A stretch of 63,652 nucleotides of DNA, counting the filler, from Octopus bimaculoides (Eukaryota), in NCBI RefSeq assembly GCF_001194135.2. It is 5 parts of 4 records of this genome, joined end to end, with 100 filler letters (N's around TTAATTAATTAA, not from the genome) between each part and the next. Parts side by side here need not be neighbours in the genome. Positions count along the whole stretch, not along the records: positions 49,962 to 52,990 come from NC_068992.1; positions 53,091 to 61,993 come from NC_068982.1; 3 more parts are not named here. One strand, 5' to 3'. Under the pieces are notes generated by a model that saw only the letters and a program-made list of their open reading frames with translations, had not been told where the DNA came from and ran no database searches. Positions within the stretch are counted from its first letter, which is position 1. Each line of letters begins with the position of its first letter. The position numbers were made by a program, and so were the translations under genes. Positions 51,308 through 61,883 of the stretch are shown piece by piece.

Positions 51308-52192
51308 GTATTTTTTTCAAGACATAAACGTAAAATTTTAACATGGAAATAAATACCGATTTAGAAATTAAATTCCTAAGCAAAATCAAATCAACACAGT
51401 ATCATTTTGCAATCTTTAATGAAATTAAAATTGCTTTTAACTCGTTTATTGTATTAAACTTAAGNNNNNNNNNNNNNNNNNNNNNNNNNNNNNNNNNNNN
51501 NNNNNNNNNNNNNNNNNNNNNNNNNNNNNNNNNNNNNNNNNNNNNNNNNNNNNNNNNNNNNNNNNNNNNNNNNNNNNNNNNNNNNNNNNNNNNNNNNNNN
51601 NNNNNNNNNNNNNNNNNNNNNNNNNNNNNNNNNNNNNNNNNNNNNNNNNNNNNNNNNNNNNNNNNNNNNNNNNNNNNNNNNNNNNNNNNNNNNNNNNNNN
51701 NNNNNNNNNNNNNNNNNNNNNNNNNNNNNNNNNNNNNNNNNNNNNNNNNNNNNNNNNNNNNNNNNNNNNNNNNNNNNNNNNNNNNNNNNNNNNNNNNNNN
51801 NNNNNNNNNNNNNNNNNNNNNNNNNNNNNNNNNNNNNNNNNNNNNNNNNNNNNNNNNNNNNNNNNNNNNNNNNNNNNNNNNNNNNNNNNNNNNNNNNNNN
51901 NNNNNNNNNNNNNNNNNNNNNNNNNNNNNNNNNNNNNNNNNNNNNNNNNNNNNNNNNNNNNNNNNNNNNNNNNNNNNNNNNNNNNNNNNCATATATATAT
52001 ATATATATGAGAAAGGATATAACCGATTGTAGAGAAGAGCAACATCAACATGTGTTCTCATCAATCGATTATATTCTTTCACTTTATAAACATCAGTAAT
52101 CACTTTGGTCTTTCTCGGTGAGAAATCTTTATATATTTTCATTCTCTCTTAAAAAAATAATCATTATGACGATTTGCGCTAGTAATGTTAAT

Positions 52193-52233
<41 letters not shown>

Positions 52234-52390
52234 ATAAATATATATATATAGCCAATTAAAAAAACAGAGGAAAAGAAAAAGAAAAACCAAAGAACAAACA
52301 AACGTATGGACGTGGCACAGTCAATGTATTAATAAGATGCTCAGAGAAGGAATATATGTGTATGTATGTATGTATGTATGTATGTATGTA

Positions 52391-52860
52391 CTGGCGTAAC
52401 TTCACATCCACGCAGCTCTTAAAGACATGAGAAAAGAAACCCTCATTGCATGCTGGAAGGTGTAGCCAGAGAGTGTCCAGGACTACGAAGGCTTCTCACC
52501 TGAAGATATTCAGCGCGTGACTGTCAACAATGCAGTTAAACTGGCAAAGGTACTTGAAGACGAAGGTTTTGACGACATCACGCAAGATGAGGTCAACAAT
52601 CTCATCGATGTCCACTCTGAAACGCTGACAGACGAAGATATGGTTCAGTCTCTCCAATTCAAAAATACCATCGATGCTGCCATGCAGACATATAAAACTC
52701 TCTCCTCACCACCATGAAGGAACAATGACAGCAACTTCCCATCACAATGTTCCTCAAACCCATCAAGAAAGCCTTGCAGGAAGATACGACATCCCCTAAA
52801 ACACTTGAAGAAGTACTTGAAGAAGTACTTAATTTTTTTTGCAGTCATTTTTCTTTTTTT
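52391..52860 (+). mobile_element. pogo/Tigger transposase C-terminal fragment
   Basis: TLIACWKV*PESVQDYEGFSPE...KLAKVLEDEGFDDITQDEVNNLIDVHSETLTDED. Confidence 0.75.
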
Positions 52861-53454
52861 TTTTTTTTGCAGTCATTACCTTCATTACTTTCATCATCAT
52901 CGTCTTAAATCAATATCATTCATTATTGGTGAGTAACCGTACATTTTATTTTATTTTATTTCCTATAACATTTTTTTAAACATTATATATNNNNNNNNNN
53001 NNNNNNNNNNNNNNNNNNNNNNNNNNNNNNNNNNTTAATTAATTAANNNNNNNNNNNNNNNNNNNNNNNNNNNNNNNNNNNNNNNNNNNNTATATATACA
53101 TATATATATATATATATATACACAAAGAGAGAGACAGAGACAGAGACAGAGACAGAGAAACAAACAGACAAAAGAGAGAGAGAGAGAGAGAAACAGACAG
53201 ACAAAGGAGAGAGAGAGATGTTTTTATATCAGAATGTCAGTTTACAATTAGGTGGTTGACATTAGAATATGGTTATAATAGAATAAAAACAGATGCACCA
53301 ACAATTCATGAAACTGTCTATTTGACATGTGATGTCAAGATGCACACATACACACACACATGCACTCACACATATACATACAATACACACACACACACAC
53401 ACACGTACACACACACACTTATGATGGAAAAATATAACACACAGACAAGGTCAA

Positions 53455-53720
53455 AAAACAAACACAGCAAATTGCCAGGAGTCTTGGTCCCTTGACATCT
53501 CCTTTGTGAGTCTCAACATCTGTAGATGCTTTCTCACCACTTCATCTCCACGTCTTCCCGGGTCTACTCCTTCCACGTGTTCCCTCTACAATTAGAGATC
53601 AGCACCACTTGATGCAAAAAATTGTACAGTACTGTTTTTCTGTACATTATCTGCATTGAGTACATAGTATAGAATTTCTACTTCCTCCTTTTCTGCATAT
53701 CCAGCATAACCACATCTTAG
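53455..53720 (-). mobile_element. RTE LINE 3' remnant
   Basis: VEGTRGRSRPGKTW motif on the minus strand. Confidence 0.65.
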
Positions 53721-53801
53721 TTGGTAATAATAGTTTTCTCTTTTGCTAATACTCTCATTTGTGCACAATTGAATTTTGGGCTTCTCCAATCCAAACATGT
53801 A

Positions 53802-54365
53802 CAAAGGTGGGCTGTAAAGTTCATAGGTTGACTATGAACAAGTAATGCTAGGGCTGTGAAATGTTGTACACATTGATTTCAACACTTCTTATTAGTAACA
53901 GCAGTGTTTCTTTCCAGCTAAACTGACATCTGACTGTTCAAATAAGACTTCAAAAGTAACTAATAGCTACTTCTCTTGAAAATAGACAAAATTTGGCATC
54001 ATGGTTATCAAGTACTTGCAGAAAAAGGGTTTAGCCCCCAAGAACATTCATGCTGACAAGGTTGCTACATTAGAGGATGATGCTCCAGTTTTATCAACAG
54101 TGCTAAAGTGGCAGCTGAATTTAGGAGAGAAGGGAATCTTGAAGATGACCTAAACTATCACCACTGAGGAAAACGCTGATTGTATTCACCCCATGGTGAT
54201 GGATGACAGGTGATAGACTATGAATCAAATAGCCAATGCTGTTAGCATATCCCTTTAGAGACTTGAGAATATTCTGCACTCCAAACCTGGCACGATGAAC
54301 ATTTCTACTTGGTGGGTGCCACATCATCTGACACTTGATCAAAAGCACACCAGGCTGCCCACATC
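53802..54365 (+). mobile_element. Mariner 5' fragment (TIR plus HTH region)
   Basis: TA|caaaggtgggctgtaaagttcatagg terminal repeat; VIKYLQKKGLAPKNIHAD...STVLKW; WVPHHLTLDQK. Confidence 0.8.
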
Positions 54366-54369
54366 ATAG

Positions 54370-54900
54370 GCTTTCGCTGTCTTCATATCCTTAATGGCCC
54401 TTTCAATAATATAGCAATTAACCTCAGCAGCTAGCCTTCTTGTTGGAGACACCAATTGTAACTCCTCTTTCCCCACATATTCTCTTTATTCAGCAGGTCA
54501 TGTGCACCATAATCTTTCATAAGCACTTTTGATCAATGTCATGGTTTACCCTGACAGATTACTTCTGGTCCTTACGGTTTAGAACACTGACAAACCTCTT
54601 ATTTACTGCTTCTCTCCTTTACTCGAGATATTTAAATCAAACTACTCTTCTACCAATCTGATAGTGTTCCTTCCTTCCCCACCTATTTCCTCCACCATTT
54701 CCAGTTCTGTCTCTTAGCTTTTATCCTTCTATCTGTTGTACTGTTCCACAACCATCTCAATCTCCACCTGTAAGGCACTAAGGAAGGAATCTTACTCCAT
54801 CAACAAATCTGGTAAGTGGCTCAGAGTAACTTGTCTTGCAATAATGCCCTATGATCCTGCATCTCCTCCTCTTTTTGTCAAAGGCATTGCTCTTTTATCT
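54370..54900 (-). mobile_element. RTE LINE fragment (endonuclease-RT linker)
   Basis: WLWN...IKAKRQNWK and LLNKEN.W...AIKDMKTAKA remnants; same family as 56851. Confidence 0.6.
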
Positions 54901-54910
54901 GTGATAGGAA

Positions 54911-54980
54911 CACACAAAAAACACTCCCCACACACAAAAAACACTCCCCACACACAAAAAACACTCCGCACACACAAACA
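54911..54980. repeat. 20-bp tandem repeat (about 3.5 units)
   Basis: Unit cacacaaaaaacactcccca. Confidence 0.85.
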
Positions 54981-55921
54981 CACACACGTATGCATAGTCT
55001 GGATCATATCCATAAAATAGAAACAGATGTTAACTTACACCATATAAAATGTGGATCATCATGCTTGTACCACTTGTCTACACCAATTAGAATGGTCTCT
55101 GATCTTAACTTACTAACCTAGATTCTTTTCTAAATACGTTCTGTCCAATGTTTTTTCTTTCCTCTTAAATGCCTTATTTTGGAATACTTTTATGCTCACT
55201 AAACAGCAATATTCATCTGGACATAGACTATTTACCTATACCTACTTATTCTTAACTGCATATTTATGACGGTCTGCAACAAAAAGTAGTTAATGAAACT
55301 GCTTTTCCCTTTAATTGATATGTGATTTATTTCTTATCTGTTATTATCTAAGAATTATCAAATGAATTTGTTGCTATAGTTGCACATTAAACATAGTTGG
55401 ACTACCTTGATGTTTGTTTAAAAAAGAGAGATTATGATTATGATAAAATAATGAAAGCAATATTTACTAAGCAAGTGAGCACTATTATACAAAGAAACAA
55501 TTAGATGTAAAATATCATAGAAAATCATTAGAATTAGGAATCAAATGTGAAAATATTATCAAGTGGCAAGCAGAAAACTGCCCGGAGGGTAGTCTTTCTG
55601 CTAGTCTTCTACTAGTCTGCTTAATAATTTCTTCTGCCAGTCTTCTTGATAATCCCTCTTATATTATTGTTGAGTTAGCACAAGAAAATGCAACAAACAA
55701 CAAAAACAATTCATTTGCAAATATCCAAATTTTCAGACCCATGCTACCACAGGAAAAAAATGTGAAGCAAAACTGTAAATTGGTTGAACACACACACACA
55801 CACACACACCACTATTTATAGGTTAAAAGTCAATAAAATATTTCATGTTTTTAAACACCCCTTATTTTTTTTTATTTTTAACTACATCAGAAAATATAGA
55901 ATATCTTGATAACAGACTTAC

Positions 55922-55993
55922 CCCAAGGCATGAATTCCTGTATCAACCACAAGGCGACATGCTCGGTGCATTTCAAAATTGTAACGGCCCAAC
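55922..55993 (-). CDS. DUF885-family gene, internal exon E (72 nt): LGRYNFEMHRACRLVVDTGIHAL(G)
   Basis: Acceptor aaaaacttttag|, donor ggg|gtaagt, phase 2/2. RAxRLVVDTGxH is a conserved DUF885 motif. Confidence 0.92.
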
Positions 55994-56184
55994 CTAAAAG
56001 TTTTTAAATTATACAAGTAAACAGCTTTTAAGATACAATACAGACATAAAAATACTATTTCCAAAAGTAAATGATGAATTAATAGTTTAACTTTCTCAAG
56101 TGTTTTCCTTTATAATATGTTCTTTTTAATGTTGAAACAGCATTAAAAAGAACGTCAAACTGTATTGTGTTCACATTTACTTAC

Positions 56185-56249
56185 AGTTTATAGTTATCTG
56201 TATACAATCCCATCTCTGTTCCAAGTGCTTCACAGTAAAGGCCCCAACC
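56185..56249 (-). CDS. DUF885-family gene, internal exon D (65 nt): GWGLYCEALGTEMGLYTDNYK(L)
   Basis: Acceptor ttttgcttttgacag|, donor act|gtaagt. Completes the EGWxLYxExLGxExGLY motif. Confidence 0.92.
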
Positions 56250-56275
56250 CTGTCAAAAGCAAAATAAAATATACA

Positions 56276-56303
56276 CTAGCAGAGATACCCAGCGTTGCCC
56301 GTG
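56276..56303 (-). mobile_element. Helitron-like 3' terminus (GC hairpin, then CTAG|T)
   Basis: Minus strand reads cgggcaacgctgggtatctctgCTAG|T. Similar ends at 62118-62146 (-) and 55578-55604 (+). Confidence 0.55.
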
Positions 56304-56850
56304 TTACATGCAATTAAAGAATTAGACTTTTCTGTTATATTTTCTCTAATGTACAGGAATATGTGTTATTCGAATTTCATCAAAATTGCAGATGAGGGTT
56401 CTTTCCCTCTTTACACACCCTAAAAAATTCTAATCATGACACATGTATCTCATACTACTGATCTTTATGTGCAGAATCCAAAATTCCAGTCTTATGGAAC
56501 CTATTAAAAGGATTTTGCTCCTGAAAAATGGACATCATGGAGCTCTAAAATGTAGGAATGAAGGCCCCTATTGGGGGTGGGGGTGTTAATGTCAACTAGA
56601 GAAGTTGAATTGTTGAGAATCTTTTTAATTTGGGTCTTATATGTATTGTTCGAATTTCTTTGAAATAGGAAATATATGTATGTTCACTGGGTTTGTAAAA
56701 GAGAGCAAAGCTACAGAAAACCAAAAGACGATGATCAAAATAAGCAGTCTCCATTTCAACGAAAGCCAGGTACAGAGGTTTATCTTTGGCTAGGTATTTC
56801 CCCTGCAGCTGTGTGATAAACTTGAGATATTTTGTGTCGCAAGACAGTGT

Positions 56851-58270
56851 GTGAGAGAGAATCATGATGTCGTAGGAGAGAAATGTGTCTGCATGGATGA
56901 TGGCTCACTTGCACTAAACGAGGCTGCAAAGAGAGAGGTTTGGAGATGCCACTATGAAAGGTACGTCAATAAAGAAAATGAATGGGAGAAAGAGAGTCTG
57001 CCGAATGTCGAGCCAACAGAGGGACCAGCTATCTGAGTTGACAGTACCTTGGCAGATAAAGCAATTAAGAGTATGAAGACAGGGAAAGCCGCCGGCCCAA
57101 CAGGAATCACTGCAGAGATGCTCNNNNNNNNNNGGGAAAGCCGCCGGCCCAACAGGAATCACTGCAGAGATGCTCAAAATATCTGGCAGTGTCGGTTATA
57201 GCATAGTCACCCGTATAGTTAACCAGGTGATATATGAAGGAGTCATATCCAATGACTGGTGTAGCAGCACCATAGTCAACTGCTATAAAGGTAAAGATGA
57301 TGCTTTAGATACAAATAATTACAGAGGTATCAAGTTGTTGGATCAGGTAATGAAGGTCATGGAGAGGGTCATAGCCCAACTAATTAGGGAAAGAGTCAGT
57401 CTAGATGAGATGCAGTTTGGGTTCGTACCAGGGAAAAGCACCACTGATGCTATATTTCTGGTAAGACAGCTGCAGGGGAAATACCTAGCCAAAGATAAAC
57501 CTCTGNNNNNNNNNNNNNNNNNNNNNNNNNNNNNNNNNNNNNNNNNNNNNNNNNNNNNNNNNNNNNNNNNNNNNNNNNNNNNNNNNNNNNNNNNNNNNNN
57601 NNNNNNNNNNNNNNNNNNNNNNNNNNNNNNNNNNNNNNNNNNNNNNNNNNNNNNNNNNNNNNNNNNNNNNNNNNNNNNNNNNNNNNNNNNNNNNNNNNNN
57701 NNNNNNNNNNNNNNNNNNNNNNNNNNNNNNNNNNNNNNNNNNNNNNNNNNCAATAACAGAGGAATTCAAGACAGGATACCTCTGGGAGCTCCTCTATGCT
57801 GATGACCTTGCACTAATTGCTGAGTAGCTATCAGAACTAGAGGAGAAGTTTCAGGTGTGGAAGCAAGGATTAGAATCGAAGGGCCTTAGAGTCAACCTAG
57901 CAAAAACCAAAGTCCTAATAAGTAGAAAGGTAGACAAACCACAAACCCCTTCAGGCAGATGGCCCTGCTCGATCTGTAGAAAAGGCATAGGTAGAAACTC
58001 TATAAGATGTACCCAGTGTAAGCTATGGACACATGAGAGGTGCAGCAATATCAAAGGAAGGCTAACTAGAAGATAGTTTTTGTATGTGGCAGATGTTCAG
58101 GAGCAATAAACTCTGAAAATGTGCAGAGAACAACTTCTGTCACATTCCAGGGAGAAAAACTAGAAGTAGTTGATAGCTTCTATTATCTAGGTGACCAAGT
58201 CAGTAGCGGGGAAGGGTGCACTGAAAGTGTAGCTGCTAGAAGAAGAATAGCCTGGGCAAAGTTCAGAGAG
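56851..58270 (+). mobile_element. RTE-clade LINE ORF2 fragment within DUF885 intron
   Basis: NYRGIKLL, QFGFVPGKSTTDAIF, YADDLALIA and GLRVNLAKTKVL motifs; Cys-rich insert CSICRKG...CTQCKLWTH.RCS...CGRC; stops present. Confidence 0.93.
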
Positions 58271-59020
58271 CCTTCCAGGATTTTCCAGATGTATATCACT
58301 GCATATCTTTCTCACCTTCATTCTAGGGCGAAGTGTTTTAATTCTTTTAGTTTTGCAGTGAATTTTATATTGTGTTGACCATAGTTGGGAGCAGCAGTTC
58401 GAATTAGAAAAGCTATAAATAATAGCATGTAAATATTAGGTTAAAAAACACTTTGGATAGAAAAATTTAACAATACATATGTAGGGTAGTGGGTAATGTA
58501 CATTATCTTTCTTCAATTCTAGAGCTCCTAAAGATTTTCATGGGGGTCTTCAGTTTTTTATATTAAATGTGTGTGTGTGTGTGTGTGTTTGTACATGTTT
58601 ATCAATATGCTAGGCAGTATTAAAACCTTATGAACAGCACTAATTTTGCTTAGTATTGCTTTTATTAAAATCTTATCCATTAATTTGAAATACACACACA
58701 CAAACACATAGAAGAATTATTTTGATAAATCTAGCCAAACCACATATACATAAGTGAGTTCTAAATGTCATTCACACTCTCACATACACATACATGCATG
58801 CACAACACACACACACATATGCAGAGCAGCCAATTAGACCTACCAAATCAACACATTACTCATATCAGATACACACAAAGGTGCAGTCACACTGTCAATC
58901 TAACACACAGGTGTAACAACATTAGGCAGCTTAATATTTTCCAAATAATGATGATCCGAGGAATGAAAGTAAATATCTTCAAATATATTAAAAAATAAAA
59001 ACTAACAAAAAATTACTTAC

Positions 59021-59131
59021 TTCCATATAAGCAGTATGAAGCAAAAAGCGAGAAGGTGCGAGATAATATTTCATATCCTGCATGAAGCATCGAAATGCTG
59101 GACAGTTTTCTATTTTCAAGGCTGCTGATGC
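59021..59131 (-). CDS. DUF885-family gene, internal exon C (111 nt): ASAALKIENCPAFRCFMQDMKYYLAPSRFLLHTAYME
   Basis: Acceptor tttttttcacttcag|, donor gaa|gtaagt, phase 0/0, 37 codons with no stop. Ends in TAYxE, leading into GWxLY. Confidence 0.9.
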
Positions 59132-59208
59132 CTGAAGTGAAAAAAATAAAATCGGAGAAAATCAGAATAGCATTAATAAAACTCATGTTACAAATAAGAG
59201 ATCTATGG

Positions 59209-59487
59209 CAGTGGTTTTCAAACTGTGGTCTGCAAGGACAAGACAGGGGGTCCGTGGACAGCAAATACTTTTTATGGGCAATTTGATTTTATATATGGTT
59301 TTTAATTGAAATCTTTTAATTGACAATAAACATATTTGTTAAATACTGTTAAATAAACAAATGTAAAAATATATGTTATTTTAAGCAAATATTTATGTAT
59401 AAATTTCATAAGCATTTATAAGAGGGTCCCTAAGGTAAAGCCTGAAATATAAAGGGGTCCGCAAGTCAAAAAGTTTGAAAACCCCTG
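59209..59487. mobile_element. hAT/Charlie-type MITE (279 bp)
   Basis: TIRs cagtggttttcaaact / agtttgaaaacccctg (15 of 16 match). 8-bp TSD atctatgg / atctatgc. Confidence 0.9.
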
Positions 59488-59884
59488 ATCTATGCAGTTG
59501 CTAGAGTTGCTAGAAATTAATAGTCAAGTCTCCCTCAATTTCAACACTGCCCTCTTAGAAATGGAAGGATATATTGTCTACTGTCATCCAGAGAATACCA
59601 AACCTGGAACAAAAGATAGAATGGTCATGGCTAGAATATCTTTGTGTATAGGGCTGTTTGATCAGAACTGACCAGAGGCTAAACAACAACTCTAGTTACC
59701 ATGATGGGAACTTCAGCACAAGTTACTCACTCTGAACAATATAGTAGCTAAATATGTTTTAACAGCCTCAGAGGTGAGAAAAAATCACTTGCGAGACAGA
59801 AATGCAGATCTCCATATTACTGACCTAACAAAAATCATACCTAGGGTAATGAGAAGATACTCAATCAATAAAGATAGTGGTTAC

Positions 59885-60215
59885 TCTTTTAATTGTTTCA
59901 GTCATTTGACTGCGGCCATACTGGAGCACTGACTTTAGTTGAGCAAATCGACCCCAGGACTTATTCTTTGGAAGCCTAGTACTTATTCTATCGGTCTCTT
60001 TTGCCAAACCGCTAAGTTACAGGGACATAAACACACCAGCATTGGTTGTCAAGCGATGTTGTGGAGGGGGGGGACAGACACACAAACACCCACACACATA
60101 CATATACATATATATACGACAGGTTTCTTTCAGTTTCCGTCTACCAAATCCACTCACAAGGCTTTGGTCAGCCTGAGGCTATAGTAGAAGACACTTGCCC
60201 AAGGTGCCACACAGG
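59885..60215 (-). mobile_element. SINE family A, CpG-decayed copy (another partial copy at 63335-63490)
   Basis: Colinear with the copy at 28687; many CpG to TpG/CpA changes. Confidence 0.9.
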
Positions 60216-60623
60216 TGGAAAAACTAAAGTACTGAATAGCATTTAATCATTTAATTTGATATCTACACATCATATGCCTGCTCAGTCAAGGATAACAGGG
60301 GCTGCACTACAAGGCCACTACCACCGACAACAACACAGCTAACTAGAGATACCCAGCAATAATACCACCACCACCATTAAGATCTTCACAACTACTTCTC
60401 ATGGTTCTGGGATGAATATCGAGATTTAAGTTCAAAAAGTGTATGGTTATTACAGGAACTGGTGTGATGCTTGTGCTGTGAAAATACCATTACTGAGATC
60501 TGACTCAGTTAAAAAATATCTAAGTTAATATTTAACTTTAACATACTAATTCTCCCAAATTAACAATGAATGTTGGATTTACTAGAACTTCTCTCCAATC
60601 TGAAAATTTTAGATAGAACTAAC

Positions 60624-60684
60624 CTGGGTATGATGACCAGGAATTCCTTCATGTAAACATAAGGCAGGTATTTCATATTTAGGG
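60624..60684 (-). CDS. DUF885-family gene, internal exon B (61 nt): (S)PKYEIPALCLHEGIPGHHTQ
   Basis: Acceptor tttttttctttgtag|, donor cag|gttagt. Encodes HExxPGHHxQ, the signature metal-binding motif of DUF885 proteins. Confidence 0.92.
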
Positions 60685-61114
60685 CTACAAAGAAAAAAAT
60701 TTGAAATATATTTAGAAGAAAATAATCAGACATTTTAAGAAGAATTACACTTTTCTTTTGTTTGACCAGGGAAATGGAAATGAATACACAACAGAATAAA
60801 AACAAAATTTTCAAATAATTTATAGGCAAACATTCATCAATAGATTTAACCAATAAATATATCTTTCTTTTTAAAAAAAAACATCCTTCTACAATCAATT
60901 AAAAAGTAATTGCTTATTCACCTAATGCATGAGTAAGATAAATAGAGTCAGTTACTTGATCAGTTGTAAACTAGGTTATCTGTTAACATGTGATTAGTCA
61001 TACTGACTCCTGTGAATGATAATTCAGGGACTTACACTCTTCTCAAATGTTTTAATGGAATAAGTGAAGCAGCAACAAACAAGGGTTAAACATGGCAACA
61101 GACTCAGATTTGCT

Positions 61115-61570
61115 GGTGCATGTCTCAGTGATTAGAGCGTCAGGCTCCCAATCATGAAAGAGTGAATTTGATTCCTGGACCAGGTTGTGTGTTGTGTTCT
61201 TGAGCAAGACGCTTTATTCTATTCTGACACCTCTCGGCGGACGCATAGCTTGCCGCTGTTCGGAAAGGATCGATGGGCCACGCTTTCGTGGTCCGTATTC
61301 GTACTGAAAATCGAGATCGAGCGAGCTTTTGCCCTTTTGCTCGACGTGTGGTTTCCGTTCACTCATCTGTAGAAATGAGTTGCGACGTCACTAGTGCTAA
61401 GCTGTATCGGCCTTTGTCTCCCTTGGATAACATCAGTGGCATGGAGAGGGGAGGCTGGTATGCATGGGTGCCTGCTGGTCTTCCATAAACATTACCCAGA
61501 CTTGTGCCTCAGAGGGGAACTTTCTAGGTGCAATCCCATGGTCATTCATGACCAAAGGGGTCTTTTACCA
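61115..61570 (+). mobile_element. tRNA-derived SINE (family C head), interrupted by the 28S fragment
   Basis: Degenerate A/B boxes (tctcagtgattag; gaatttgattcc) and gttcttgagcaagac as in the copy at 7198. The SINE resumes with gttcactcatctgtagaaatgagt after the rRNA insert. Confidence 0.7.
61222..61360 (-). rRNA. 28S rRNA fragment (domain V, pseudogenic), inserted in a SINE
   Basis: The reverse complement reads ...gagcaaaagggcaaaagctcgctcgatctcgattttcagtacgaatacggaccacgaaagcgtggcccatcgatcctt...gaggtgtcagaa. This matches conserved eukaryotic LSU sequence just 5' of the GTTACCACAGGGATAAC motif. It is only 139 bp, so it is not a functional rRNA gene. Confidence 0.9.
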
Positions 61571-61766
61571 CTTAAACACTAGTGCTTGCTATACAGTAGT
61601 TACTCCATATTAATTAACTATTTCACATAATTTATTCTCTGAGAGAGTTGTAGTAGCAATAACACACTTATATTAGAAAAATATCCAGTAAACTTTCATA
61701 TGTAGCTTTAAACAATGAGGAATAAATAGCTGGGTATCAAAAAGAAATTAAGAAACAAACTCTTAC

Positions 61767-61883
61767 CTGACATCAAATTTACTGGTGTTGATCATATAAG
61801 TGCCCATTCGGGAACCGTCTGGTGTTCCAGCTAAGTAGAAGGCGGCTGGAGAACTATCCATACCTTCAGGAGTAGGCTTGATT
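61767..61883 (-). CDS. DUF885-family gene, internal exon A (117 nt): (x)IKPTPEGMDSSPAAFYLAGTPDGSRMGTYMINTSKFDV
   Basis: Minus strand has a pyrimidine tract then ...caccttgaaag| acceptor and a cag|gtaaga donor. The frame is open and the phase 2/2 ends match the next exon. 'AFYxAxxxDGSRxGxYxxN' fits the recalled DUF885 segment that precedes the HE motif. Confidence 0.85.

Noticed and set aside
57082-57175. Direct repeats flanking short N gaps (also 2443/2546 and 36570/36939)
   Set aside because: Identical sequence on both sides of a gap is the typical signature of unmerged contig overlap.
59711-59780. Possible minus-strand exon EAVKTYLATILFR with a gtgagt donor
   Set aside because: Weak acceptor, wrong position in the DUF885 exon order, and exons B and C already join seamlessly.
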